Below the pieces are notes generated by a model. That model ran no database searches. It was not told the origin of the DNA and was given only the letters and a program-made list of their open reading frames with translations. From assembly GCA_902767235.1 (NCBI GenBank), contig CACXGR010000262.1, positions 1-49,083 on the forward strand: 49,083 nucleotides of DNA, given 5' to 3'. Position numbers and translations under genes: made by a program. Of the stretch, positions 1 through 9,553 are shown piece by piece. The stretch's first letter is position 1. Every line of letters starts with the position of its first letter. Origin of the DNA: an uncultured Lachnospiraceae bacterium. Lineage in GTDB: Bacteria > Bacillota > Clostridia > Lachnospirales > Lachnospiraceae.

Positions 1-2196
1 GAGAGCGAGAAGACAAAGGGGGAGATCTTTATCTCCCCGGACATTGCGATCTGCGACGACTGCAGGAGAGAACTTGAGGACCCCGGTGACCGCAGATACC
101 TGCATCCCTTCATCAACTGCACCTGCTGCGGCCCCAGGCTCACCATACTGGATGCCCTTCCCTACGACAGGGAGCGGACCAGCATGAAAATGTTCCCCAT
201 GTGCCCGGTATGTGAGCGGGAATACCACTCCCCGCTCAGCAGAAGGTACGACGCACAGCCTGTCTGCTGCAACGACTGCGGACCGGAGGTGTATCTGGCG
301 GGCGATCATGAGGTGAGGGGGCGCGAGGCCATCACATACACCCGGCGTGTCATTTCGCAGGGCGGCATTGCCGCTGTCAAGGGGATCGGCGGATTTCATC
401 TGTGCTGCGACGCGTCCAATGAGGAGGCGGTCGCAGAGCTCCGCAGGAGAAAGAACAGACCTGCAAAACCCTTTGCCGTGATGATGCGGGATGAGAAGGC
501 CGTGGAGCGGGAGTGCGAAATGAGCGCGGCACAGCGGGAGATCCTGACCGGGCACCAGAAACCGATCCTGCTGCTGTCAAAGAAAGAGGGCGGAAAGCTC
601 TGCAGGGGGATCGCGCCCGGCAATCCCACCGTCGGCGTCATGCTGCCCTATGCCCCGGTGCAGGTGCTTCTCTTTGACTACCCGGACGGCATCACCATGC
701 CGGACTGTCTGGTCATGACCAGCGGCAACATATCGGGCGCACCGATCTGCCGGGACGACACAGAGGCGATGCAGGAGCTGGGAAATATCTGCGACTGCAT
801 TTTGTCCCACAACCGAAAGATACGGATCCGGGCGGACGACTCCGTCATGGATTTCTTTGAGGGAGCGCCCTACATGATCAGAAGGTCCCGCGGATATGCG
901 CCGCTTCCCTACATGCTCTCCAAGTGGGATGAAGCTGCAGAGAAGATCTCCGGCGCCGGCGTGCTGGCCATCGGAGGAGAGCTCAAGAACACATTTTGTA
1001 TCGGGACAGGGGGGCTCTTTTATCCCTCGTCCTATATCGGGGATCTGGCGGACGTCCGAAGCGTGCGGGCGCTGGAGGAGACGATCGAGCGCTATGCATC
1101 CCTTCTGGAAGTCAGGCCGGATGTGATCGCCTGTGACCTGCATCCGAGGTACAATTCCCTTATCGTTGCGGAGAAAATGGCGGAGCGAATGGGCGGGGAA
1201 AACGGCAGCGGTCCGCTTCCCGTCATCAAAGTACAGCACCACTACGCGCACATTCTCAGCTGTATGGCGGAGAACGACCATCACGGCCCGGTCATCGGCG
1301 TGTCCATGGACGGGACCGGTTTCGGAACGGACGGGACCATATGGGGCGGCGAGATCCTGACAGCGGACTACAGGGGCTTTACCAGAGACGCCTCGATAAA
1401 GCCCTTCCTGCAGGTGGGCGGTGACATGTCGTCCCGGGACGGATGGAGGATCGCGGTGTCCATGCTCAGCACAATGGCCAGCCGCGGGGTATTTGAAAGG
1501 GAGGATGCAGAGCCGGGAGAGACGGCCTCTTTACCGGATGTGACAGAATTAGCCGGACTTTTGGGCCTGTGCACGGCACAGGAAGCATCGGTCATATCGA
1601 AGATGGCGCGCAGGAAGATGAACGCGGTGACATCCACCAGCGCGGGCCGGCTGTTTGATGCGGTCAGCGCGATCTGCGGCATATGCAGGCACTCCACATT
1701 CGAGGGAGAGGCTTCAATGGCGCTGGAGTTTGCGGCGGAGCGCTATGAGAAAGGGGCGGCAGAGGCGGAGATGGAAACCGCGCAAAAGAGCGATGCGTAT
1801 GGGCGCACAGGAGGTCCCGCGGACATTCCGGCCAGGGAGGCGGGGAGATGGATCCTGCCGACCGGGGAGATCGTCGCGGATATCGTGCGGCAAAGGCTGG
1901 AGGGAGAGGATCCGGACCGGCTGGCGTGGATCTTCCACAGGCGTCTGGCGGACCAGGTCATCGCCTGCTGCGTCCGCATCAGAGAGGAAAAGGGGATCAC
2001 AGCTGCAGCGCTGAGCGGCGGCTGTTTCCAGAACAGACTGCTGCTCGGATTTGTGAGGGACGGCCTGCGGGCAGAGGGATTTGAGGTGCTCACGCATCAT
2101 CTTGTGCCGCCCAATGACGGCGGGATCGCCCTGGGACAGGCCGCTGCCGCCATGCAGGCGCTGGCAGACGGAAGGATAGAGATCAGGAAGCAGTAA
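1..2196 (+). CDS. hypF: Carbamoyltransferase HypF (5' end lies upstream of the window)
   Basis: Frame is open from base 1 (ESEKTKGEIFISPDIAICDDC...FINCTCCGPR...CPVC). It has zinc-finger motifs, KGIGGFHL, RRSRGYAP, the Kae1-like QHHYAH and DGTGFGTDG motifs, and C-terminal PPNDGGIALGQ. Confidence 0.97.
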   Translation, partial: ESEKTKGEIFISPDIAICDDCRRELEDPGDRRYLHPFINCTCCGPRLTILDALPYDRERTSMKMFPMCPVCEREYHSPLSRRYDAQPVCCNDCGPEVYLAGDHEVRGREAITYTRRVISQGGIAAVKGIGGFHLCCDASNEEAVAELRRRKNRPAKPFAVMMRDEKAVERECEMSAAQREILTGHQKPILLLSKKEGGKLCRGIAPGNPTVGVMLPYAPVQVLLFDYPDGITMPDCLVMTSGNISGAPICRDDTEAMQELGNICDCILSHNRKIRIRADDSVMDFFEGAPYMIRRSRGYAPLPYMLSKWDEAAEKISGAGVLAIGGELKNTFCIGTGGLFYPSSYIGDLADVRSVRALEETIERYASLLEVRPDVIACDLHPRYNSLIVAEKMAERMGGENGSGPLPVIKVQHHYAHILSCMAENDHHGPVIGVSMDGTGFGTDGTIWGGEILTADYRGFTRDASIKPFLQVGGDMSSRDGWRIAVSMLSTMASRGVFEREDAEPGETASLPDVTELAGLLGLCTAQEASVISKMARRKMNAVTSTSAGRLFDAVSAICGICRHSTFEGEASMALEFAAERYEKGAAEAEMETAQKSDAYGRTGGPADIPAREAGRWILPTGEIVADIVRQRLEGEDPDRLAWIFHRRLADQVIACCVRIREEKGITAAALSGGCFQNRLLLGFVRDGLRAEGFEVLTHHLVPPNDGGIALGQAAAAMQALADGRIEIRKQ

Positions 2197-2207
2197 AGGA
2201 GATCAAT

Positions 2208-2420
2208 ATGTGTGTCGGATTATCAGCAAGAGTAGTGAAGATCAATGAAAACGGGATGGCGCTCGTGGACGCCAGCGGTGCCAAAAGACAGGTCTCCGCA
2301 CAGCTTCTGCAGGACCTGGAGCCCGGCGACTATGTCATGGTCCACGCCGGTGCGGCCATCGCAAAGATCACAAATGACGATGTGACAGAGACAGAGGAGC
2401 TGCTGGAGGAATACTTATGA
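2208..2420 (+). CDS. hypC: HypC/HupF family chaperone
   Basis: 70 aa, N-terminal Met-Cys (MCVGL), PGDYVMVHAGAAI with the conserved His; lies between hypF and hypD; RBS AGGAGA. Confidence 0.95.
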   Translation: MCVGLSARVVKINENGMALVDASGAKRQVSAQLLQDLEPGDYVMVHAGAAIAKITNDDVTETEELLEEYL

Positions 2421-3487
2421 CGGCCGCAGAGGGAAAGGAAAAGAGAGACGCGGGCAGAAGATCGGCGCTGGAGATCCTGAAAAACTACAGCGGCCCGGAC
2501 GTCCGGATCATGGAGGTGTGCGGGACCCACACACACGAGATCTTCAGGCTGGGGATCCGGAAGATCCTTCCTCCGTCCGTGAAGATGATCTCCGGGCCGG
2601 GATGTCCGGTGTGTGTGACGCCGGTCAATTATATCGACGAGGCACTTATGCTGGCCGGGGAGCACGGCTGCACGATCTGCACCTTCGGGGACCTCGTGAG
2701 AGTTCCCGGCACATCGTCCAGCCTGCAGAAGCAAAGAGGCGCCGGGGCAAAGGTAAAAGTGGTCTACGCTCCTTCTGACGCAGTGGAATACGCCGCAGCC
2801 CATCCCGGGGAGCAGGTCGTCTTTCTCTCGGTCGGATTCGAGACGACGACGCCGTCGGTCTGCCTGGCGGTGAAAGACGCCATGGAGAGGGGCGTGGAGA
2901 ATTTCTCTGTCTTGACAGCCAACAAGACCATGCCGGGCGCCTATGAAGCCATGAAGGACAGCACAGATCTCTTTCTGTATCCGGGACACGTGCATGCGAT
3001 CATAGGGACCGGGATCTGCGAGCAGCTGGCGGAGAGAGGCGTCAGCGGCATTTGTGCCGGATTTACGGCCCCGGAGCTCGTGACCGCGCTCGCTGTCGGC
3101 GTGACCCGGTTTGAGAGAGGGGAGCCTTTCTTTGTAAACTGCTATCCCAGAGTCGTCAAAGCGGAGGGACAGCCCGCGGCGGTCCGGCTGGTGGCGGAGA
3201 TGATGGAGCCCTGTGACAGTGAGTGGAGAGGGATCGGAGAGATCCCCCTGTCCGGTATGAAGCTCCGGGAGAAGTATGCGTCGTATGACGCAAGGGTCCG
3301 ATTCAGTCTGCCCAAAGTCACAGGCAGGGTCAATCCCGCCTGCCGCTGCGGCGAGGTGCTTCAGGGCAAGTGCCTGCCCTCGGACTGCCCGGTCTTTGGA
3401 AAAGGATGCACGCCCGAGCACCCGGTGGGCGCCTGTATGGTGTCGGGTGAAGGCGCATGTTCGGCGTTTTATTTGTACGGAGGTTGA
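2417..3487 (+). CDS. hypD: Hydrogenase formation protein HypD
   Basis: MEVCGTHTH, GPGCPVC, GFETT, PGHV and C-terminal CRC...C...C...CMVSGEGAC motifs; ATGA overlap with hypC. Confidence 0.97.
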   Translation: MTAAEGKEKRDAGRRSALEILKNYSGPDVRIMEVCGTHTHEIFRLGIRKILPPSVKMISGPGCPVCVTPVNYIDEALMLAGEHGCTICTFGDLVRVPGTSSSLQKQRGAGAKVKVVYAPSDAVEYAAAHPGEQVVFLSVGFETTTPSVCLAVKDAMERGVENFSVLTANKTMPGAYEAMKDSTDLFLYPGHVHAIIGTGICEQLAERGVSGICAGFTAPELVTALAVGVTRFERGEPFFVNCYPRVVKAEGQPAAVRLVAEMMEPCDSEWRGIGEIPLSGMKLREKYASYDARVRFSLPKVTGRVNPACRCGEVLQGKCLPSDCPVFGKGCTPEHPVGACMVSGEGACSAFYLYGG

Positions 3488-3488
3488 G

Positions 3489-4508
3489 ATGAAAAATGAA
3501 GCAGTAAGCGGCACGGTCACACTGGCGCACGGAGCGGGAGGAAAGCAGACCTCCGAGCTCATTGACAGGATATTCAAGCGGCATTTTGCCAACCCCCTCT
3601 TCACGGCCGACGACGCCGCCGTGATCGAGATGGAAAAGGGACGGATCGCGATGTCGACAGACAGCTTTATCGTATCCCCCGCCTTCTTTGCGGGCGGAAA
3701 CATCGGCAAACTGGCGATCTGCGGCACTGTCAACGATCTGGCCTGCATGGGCGCTGTGCCCAAATATCTCACCTGCGCCTTCGTGATCGAAGAGGGATTT
3801 GAGATCAAAAAGCTGGAGGAGATCGCGGAAGCGATGGAAAAGACCGCGCTGGAGGCAGGCGTCTGCATCGTCGCGGGTGACACCAAAGTGACGGGCAAAG
3901 GACAGGCAGACGGCGTTTTCATCAACACCACGGGCGTGGGCATCATTCCGGAAGGAATCCGCACGTCCGGCGCGCTTGCCGCGCCAGGAGACGTCGTCAT
4001 TGTCACCGGCGATATCGGGCGGCATGGCTGCACCATCCTTTTGGAGAGAGATGACTTCGGGATCGAGGCAGATGTGACCAGCGACTGCGCACCGCTGGGA
4101 AAGGCCGTGCAGGCTGCCCTGCAGGCGGTGCCGGACATCCATGTGATCCGGGACGCCACCAGGGGCGGCGTCGGAACGGTACTGTATGAGATCGCGGGCC
4201 AAAGCGGCGTGGGCGTCAATCTCGACGCGGCGTCCATACCCGTGGATCCGTCTGTCAGGGGCGTCTGCGGCCTTCTGGGGCTGGAACCGCTCTATCTGGC
4301 CTGCGAGGGAAGACTGGTGATGGTGTGCCCCGAAGACAAGGCCCCGCAGCTTCTTGAGGCGCTCCGCGGCTGCAGGTACACGGAAGGCGCTGCCGTGATC
4401 GGCAGGATCACGAAGGAGATGCCGGGCAGAGTCACAATGACGACGCAGATCGGGGCGCAGACGCTCCTCCCGCAGCCCGGAAATGAGCTGCTGCCCAGGA
4501 TCTGCTGA
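3489..4508 (+). CDS. hypE: Carbamoyl dehydratase HypE
   Basis: TLAHGAGG, GTVNDLA, GDTKV, RDATRGG and the C-terminal LPRIC cyanation site; start placed at ATG 3489 after GGAGG. Confidence 0.97.
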   Translation: MKNEAVSGTVTLAHGAGGKQTSELIDRIFKRHFANPLFTADDAAVIEMEKGRIAMSTDSFIVSPAFFAGGNIGKLAICGTVNDLACMGAVPKYLTCAFVIEEGFEIKKLEEIAEAMEKTALEAGVCIVAGDTKVTGKGQADGVFINTTGVGIIPEGIRTSGALAAPGDVVIVTGDIGRHGCTILLERDDFGIEADVTSDCAPLGKAVQAALQAVPDIHVIRDATRGGVGTVLYEIAGQSGVGVNLDAASIPVDPSVRGVCGLLGLEPLYLACEGRLVMVCPEDKAPQLLEALRGCRYTEGAAVIGRITKEMPGRVTMTTQIGAQTLLPQPGNELLPRIC

Positions 4509-4524
4509 CCCCGGAGGATGAACC

Positions 4525-4794
4525 ATGAGCAAAGACACAAGAGTAGCCGTGATCTCGATCATCGTGGAGAACGAGTCGGTCACGCAGAAGATCAATGAGA
4601 TCCTGCACGAGTACCGCGCCTGCATCATCGGGAGAATGGGCATTCCTTACAGAGATAAAGGGATCAGTATCATCAGTGTGGCTGTGGATGCGCCGCAGGA
4701 AGAGATCAGTGCGCTCTCCGGCAAGATCGGCAGACTTCCGGGCATCAGCACCAAGACGGCATATTCCAACGTCATAACAAAGGCGGAAATATAG
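4525..4794 (+). CDS. TM1266-family iron-only hydrogenase system putative regulator (NikR C-terminal/ACT-like fold)
   Basis: 89 aa with [19 protein letters not shown] and [14 protein letters not shown], typical of the family usually found beside hydEFG; RBS GGAGGA. Confidence 0.88.
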   Translation: MSKDTRVAVISIIVENESVTQKINEILHEYRACIIGRMGIPYRDKGISIISVAVDAPQEEISALSGKIGRLPGISTKTAYSNVITKAEI

Positions 4795-4807
4795 AGGCGG
4801 ATTGATC

Positions 4808-7006
4808 ATGATCAGATTGGCATTTTACGGAAAAGGCGGTATCGGCAAATCGACCACGGTGTCGAATCTGGCTGTGTGCTGGTCGCGCAGAGGATTGACC
4901 GTTCTGCTGATCGGATGCGATCCCAAGGCGGATGCATCGATCTTCATACGGGAGGGAGCGAAGATCCCCACTGTAATGGATAAGGTCCGGTCCAGGGAGC
5001 CTTTTTCTGTCGGCGACATCGTATATGTGAAAGAGACAGAAAACGGCGGCAGGATCATCTGCGCGGAGGCGGGCGGTCCCCTTCCCGGCAGAGGCTGCGC
5101 CGGCAGAGGCATCATCACTGCGCTGGATACCCTGAGGGAAAAGGGGATCATGGACAAATACAGGCCGGACATCGTGCTCTACGATATTTTGGGAGACGTC
5201 GTATGCGGCGGATTTGCCATGCCCATGCGCGACGGATATGCGGACCGTGTGTACATCGTCACGTCAGGGGAAAATATGTCGATCTATGCGGCGGCCAATA
5301 TAGGGCTCGCCGTGGAGCAGTACAGAGAACGCGGCTATGCGCGGCTCGGCGGCCTCATCCTGAACGAAAGAAAGGTCAAAAGAGAGCCGGAAAAGGTTCA
5401 GGAGCTGGCAGACGAGCTGGGAACTTCTGTGATCGGAACGGTTCCCCGGTCGGACCTCGTCCAGGAGGCGGAGGAGATCGGCAAAACGGTCAGCGAGGCC
5501 TTTCCCCGCTCTGAGATCGCAAAGCGCTACGCGGATCTGGCAGACCGGATCGCCGGAGAATGCAGCATAGCGTATCCGGCCGCCCAGGAGCCGGACCCGG
5601 TACCTGCCGGACACCTGTCTATGGCTGATCCCTTAAAGGATCTCAGTGCGGCTTGCAGGATCCCGGTGGGACAAGCTTCTTTTCCGGCGCCCTTTGCCGC
5701 CGGCCTGGAGTTCAATCCGCCTGTTCACGAGACCTGGAACATCGTGCACATCGGCATGCTGATGCCGCAGTCTCATCAGATCTATATCTGCGCCGACAAC
5801 TGCATGCGGGGTGTCGTCATGACGGCGGCGGAGATGAATGCCATGGACAGGTTTTCCTGTGTGGTGCTGGAAGAAGCGGACATCCATGCCGGAAATCTCG
5901 AGGAGATCACGCTGGAGGGGGTCACAGACGTGCTTGAAAAGCTTCGGAAAAGGAGGGGGGAGGACAAAATGCCGAAGGCGGTCCTGATCTTTCCGGTCTG
6001 CCTGCACCACTTCATGGGATGTGACATGAAATACGTCTACGAACAGCTGGCGGAGCGATTTAAGGAGATCACGTTTGTCAAAGGGTGGATGGATCCGATC
6101 ATGCAGAAGACGGGTCCCTCGCCGGACCAAAAGCTGAGAAAAGCCATGATGGATGTCCTTCAGCCCTCCGCATCAGAAAAGGCCGGAACGGCGCTGCTGG
6201 GAGATATCTACGCACTGGATCCGGACAGCGAGCTCATGCGCCTGATCAAAGCGGCCGACAAAAAGGCGGGCATCCGTTCCCTGCCTCTTCAGATCCAGGA
6301 CTGCCGCACACTGGCGGAGTACCGCGCCCTGTCCGCAAGAAGCGTGCTGATCACCAGAAGCCCTCTTGCGGCGGCTTCGGTCAGACAGACAGCGCGCAGG
6401 ATCGGGGCGCAGGCGCTCTGTCTGCCCGCGGAGACCGGATATGCAAAGATACGGGAACAGCTTGAGGCAGCGGCCCAGGTGATGGGTATATCGCTCGCGG
6501 AAGCCGGGATCGACACAGGAGCGGAAGAAGAGCGCTGTGAGCGGGCGCTGGGCAGACTCCGCGAGAGGATCTCGGATACGCCGATCGCACTGGACGCGGT
6601 CTCTGTCTCGAGGCCGCTGGGCTTTGCCCGCCTCCTCATCGAACACGGATTGAATGTGAGAGAGATCTATCTGGACGCGATCCTTACAGAGGAGGAGAGC
6701 GATTTTACGTGGCTTGCAGATCATTCCCCCGATCTCCTTCTGTGCAGCACGATCCATGTAGGCGGACGCTTTCTTCACGCCGGGCGGCTGGGCAAAGACC
6801 ACAGCCGGTATCTGGCTGTGGGGCCCAAGGCCGCCTGGTATTGCGGCACGGCCCATTTTGTGAACCTGGTCGACCAGGGCGGCATGTGGGGATACAGCGC
6901 GATCCGCAAGCTGGCAGCCCTCATGGAGGAGGCCTGCCGCATCGCCAAAGACACACGGGATCTTGTGCCCAGAAAGGGCCTGGGCTGTGAGAGCATGCTG
7001 CTTTGA
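4808..7006 (+). CDS. Fusion of a NifH-like Fe protein and a nitrogenase component-1-like subunit
   Basis: N-terminal ~255 aa have [30 protein letters not shown] and [15 protein letters not shown] Pro/Ala-rich linker precedes an oxidoreductase component-1-like region ([29 protein letters not shown]). One uninterrupted ORF. Confidence 0.88.
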   Translation: MIRLAFYGKGGIGKSTTVSNLAVCWSRRGLTVLLIGCDPKADASIFIREGAKIPTVMDKVRSREPFSVGDIVYVKETENGGRIICAEAGGPLPGRGCAGRGIITALDTLREKGIMDKYRPDIVLYDILGDVVCGGFAMPMRDGYADRVYIVTSGENMSIYAAANIGLAVEQYRERGYARLGGLILNERKVKREPEKVQELADELGTSVIGTVPRSDLVQEAEEIGKTVSEAFPRSEIAKRYADLADRIAGECSIAYPAAQEPDPVPAGHLSMADPLKDLSAACRIPVGQASFPAPFAAGLEFNPPVHETWNIVHIGMLMPQSHQIYICADNCMRGVVMTAAEMNAMDRFSCVVLEEADIHAGNLEEITLEGVTDVLEKLRKRRGEDKMPKAVLIFPVCLHHFMGCDMKYVYEQLAERFKEITFVKGWMDPIMQKTGPSPDQKLRKAMMDVLQPSASEKAGTALLGDIYALDPDSELMRLIKAADKKAGIRSLPLQIQDCRTLAEYRALSARSVLITRSPLAAASVRQTARRIGAQALCLPAETGYAKIREQLEAAAQVMGISLAEAGIDTGAEEERCERALGRLRERISDTPIALDAVSVSRPLGFARLLIEHGLNVREIYLDAILTEEESDFTWLADHSPDLLLCSTIHVGGRFLHAGRLGKDHSRYLAVGPKAAWYCGTAHFVNLVDQGGMWGYSAIRKLAALMEEACRIAKDTRDLVPRKGLGCESMLL

Positions 7007-7065
7007 CGGACGGACCGCAGCGGAGCATCCGCTAAGGCGCAATGCGCCTTCACATGGAGGATAAT

Positions 7066-8256
7066 ATGAGACAGACTTACAGGATCCTGCCGGTTTATTC
7101 CGGGGACGTCTCCGGCGTATGTTCGGCGCTGTATGAGCTGGGCGGGATGGTCGTGATGCACGACCCGTCGGGCTGCAATTCCACCTACAATACCCACGAC
7201 GAGACGCGCTGGTATGACCATGACAGCCTGATCTTTCTGTCCGGTCTTTGTGAGCCGGACGCCATCATGGGAAATGACGACAAGTTCATAGACGATGTGA
7301 TCAGGGCGGCCGCAGCCTGTTCGCCGGCATTTATCGCGCTGTGCAATTCGCCCGTCCCTTATCTGACCGGGACGGACTTTGCGGGCATCAGCGCGGTCAT
7401 CGAGGTGAGGACCGGTATACCGGTCTTCTATGTCCCGACAAACGGGATGCACGACTACATAAGCGGCGCGGGGATGGCCTGGGAACGGCTGGCACGGAAA
7501 TGGTTCGGCGAAGACAAAAACCGTCCGGCGCACGCCGGATCTTGTCCCGGTGCCCCAAAGGTCAGTGTGCTCGGCATGACGCCGCTGGATTTTGCCGCCG
7601 CCGGATGCGGGGACGCTCTCCAAAAAGTGCTGAGAGAGGGCGGCTTTGCGGCAGGCCCGGTATGGGCTATGGGCAGCTCCCTGCGGGAAATAGAGAAAAC
7701 GCCCTCGGCAGACGTCAATCTGGTGGTATCGGCGTCCGGTCTTCCCCTCGCAAAGTACCTGCACAGGCGGTTCGGGACGCCATGGACAGCCGGACTTCCC
7801 CTGCCCGGCCATACCGGCGGCGTGTTCCGCTCAATTGAGGAGGCAGTGGACAGCGGCAGCTGCGGCTGTGCTTACATGAGGGACCTGCCGGAAGGCTCCT
7901 GTGCATGCACAGCGCCGGAGGTCATCGTGATCGGTGAGCCGGTCAGCGCCTGCAGCATCGCTTATGTCTGCGAATCCAAAGGGTTGACCACCCGGGTCAT
8001 TGCCGCCACAGAAGGCAGTGAAGACCTGATCCGCCCCGGCGATCTCGTCTGCCGCGGCGAAGAAGAGACAGAGAACGCGCTCAGCGGCTTGTGCCGGCCG
8101 GGCACCAGGGTCCTTGCGGATCCCATGTACGAACGGATCTGCCCGGCGGGAACGGACTTTATCCCGATCCCTCATCTTGCTTTTTCAGGCAGGGTATACC
8201 GGAGCAGATTTATGAATCTTTTTGAAGCGGAAACCGCCCGCGGAATATTCGGCTGA
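7066..8256 (+). CDS. Nitrogenase component-1-like subunit (NifK/BchB/CfbD-like)
   Basis: VMHDPSGCNSTY resembles NifK HGSQGC and BchB HGPQGD; also DAIMGND, PYLTGTDF, ADVNLVVSASG, and LAKYLHRRFGTPW; RBS GGAGGA at 7056-7061. Confidence 0.85.
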   Translation: MRQTYRILPVYSGDVSGVCSALYELGGMVVMHDPSGCNSTYNTHDETRWYDHDSLIFLSGLCEPDAIMGNDDKFIDDVIRAAAACSPAFIALCNSPVPYLTGTDFAGISAVIEVRTGIPVFYVPTNGMHDYISGAGMAWERLARKWFGEDKNRPAHAGSCPGAPKVSVLGMTPLDFAAAGCGDALQKVLREGGFAAGPVWAMGSSLREIEKTPSADVNLVVSASGLPLAKYLHRRFGTPWTAGLPLPGHTGGVFRSIEEAVDSGSCGCAYMRDLPEGSCACTAPEVIVIGEPVSACSIAYVCESKGLTTRVIAATEGSEDLIRPGDLVCRGEEETENALSGLCRPGTRVLADPMYERICPAGTDFIPIPHLAFSGRVYRSRFMNLFEAETARGIFG

Positions 8257-8313
8257 TCCGGTGTATCCGGCACAGCGGCGGTCAGGGACATATGACAAAC
8301 GGAGGTGATCAGT

Positions 8314-9531
8314 ATGGGACTGAATGCAGCGCCGACAGGGGAACGCGTCCACATCGGTTTTTTCGGGAGAAGAAACGCCGGGAAATCGAGTCTGGTCAAT
8401 GCGGTCACAGACCAGGAGATCTCCGTGGTATCGGACACCAAGGGCACCACGACGGATCCGGTGAATAAATCCATGGAGCTCCTTCCGCTGGGACCGGTGG
8501 TCATCATAGACACGCCCGGTTTCGATGATGAGGGCGCGCTGGGCGAAAAGCGCGTGCAGCGGGCCAAAAGAGTGCTCAACCGCACCGATATCGCTGTGCT
8601 CGTCGCAGACGCAGTGAGCGGTATGGGAGAGGCGGACAGGGAACTGGTCCGGCTCTTTGAAGAGAAAGAGATCCCCTATGTCGTCGTATTCAACAAGGCG
8701 GATCTGATCGGAAAGATCCCTTGCAAAGGCGCAGAAAATGCGGAACCGGGGAGAGAACCCCTTTATGTCAGCGCCCTGACCGGCGCCGGCATCCATGCAC
8801 TCAAGGAGAGACTGGCCGGCATGGGACAGACCGGCAGCCGGCATACCCCCCTTGTCGAGGATCTGGTCAGCCCATCGGAGATCGTCCTGCTGGTGATCCC
8901 CATTGACAAAGCTGCTCCTAGAGGAAGGCTGATCCTGCCGCAGCAGATGACCATCAGAGGCATACTGGACGCGGACGGGATCCCGGTCTGCGTCAAGCAG
9001 GACAGGCTTAAGGAAGTGCTGGAGAGATTCGGAGATGATCCCGCCGGCCGGCCGGGGCTTGTCATCACAGACAGCCAGGTCTTTGAGGAAGTGGCCGCCG
9101 CCGTACCGCAGAGCATACCGCTCACTTCCTTTTCTATTTTGATGGCGAGATACAAGGGATTTCTGAACGCGGCCCTGGAAGGCGTGAAGCAGATCGACGC
9201 CCTGACGGACGGGGACACGGTCCTGATCTCGGAGGGATGCACCCACCACAGGCAGTGCGGCGATATAGGGACCGCAAAGCTGCCCGCCTGGATCCAAAAG
9301 CGGACCGGGAAAAAGATCCGCTTTGAGACTTCATCGGGGACCGGATTTCCGGAGGACCTTGGAAAATATAAAATGGTCATCCACTGCGGCGGCTGCATGC
9401 TGAACGAGAGGGAGATGCGCTTTCGGATGAAATGCGCCGCGGACCAGGGTGTCCCTTTTACCAATTACGGGACGGCCATCGCCCATATGAAGGGAATCCT
9501 GGACAGAAGTACCGCGATCGTGCGGAAGTAA
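8314..9531 (+). CDS. hydF: [FeFe]-hydrogenase H-cluster maturation GTPase HydF
   Basis: GRRNAGKSS, GTTTDPV, DTPG and NKAD GTPase motifs; GRLILPQ; Fe-S motif EGCTHH...HCGGC. Confidence 0.96.
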   Translation: MGLNAAPTGERVHIGFFGRRNAGKSSLVNAVTDQEISVVSDTKGTTTDPVNKSMELLPLGPVVIIDTPGFDDEGALGEKRVQRAKRVLNRTDIAVLVADAVSGMGEADRELVRLFEEKEIPYVVVFNKADLIGKIPCKGAENAEPGREPLYVSALTGAGIHALKERLAGMGQTGSRHTPLVEDLVSPSEIVLLVIPIDKAAPRGRLILPQQMTIRGILDADGIPVCVKQDRLKEVLERFGDDPAGRPGLVITDSQVFEEVAAAVPQSIPLTSFSILMARYKGFLNAALEGVKQIDALTDGDTVLISEGCTHHRQCGDIGTAKLPAWIQKRTGKKIRFETSSGTGFPEDLGKYKMVIHCGGCMLNEREMRFRMKCAADQGVPFTNYGTAIAHMKGILDRSTAIVRK

Positions 9532-9553
9532 GACCTTTGACGGGAGGAACACG

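Noticed and set aside
3276-3488. N-terminal extension of hypE in the ORF track (similar over-long starts for fumC, the GntR gene, radA and the SEC-C gene)
   Set aside because: Overlaps the upstream gene or promoter region; a downstream ATG with an RBS matches the family N-terminus.
2330-4237. 635-aa minus-strand ORF over hypCDE
   Set aside because: Antisense shadow of well-supported genes, expected from GC-rich codon bias; no recognisable motifs.
4808-8256. Calling these genes nifH/nifD/nifK of a true nitrogenase
   Set aside because: The P-cluster Cys set is incomplete, no FeMo-co ligand motif is seen, the subunits are short, and there is no nifB/E/N in the window.
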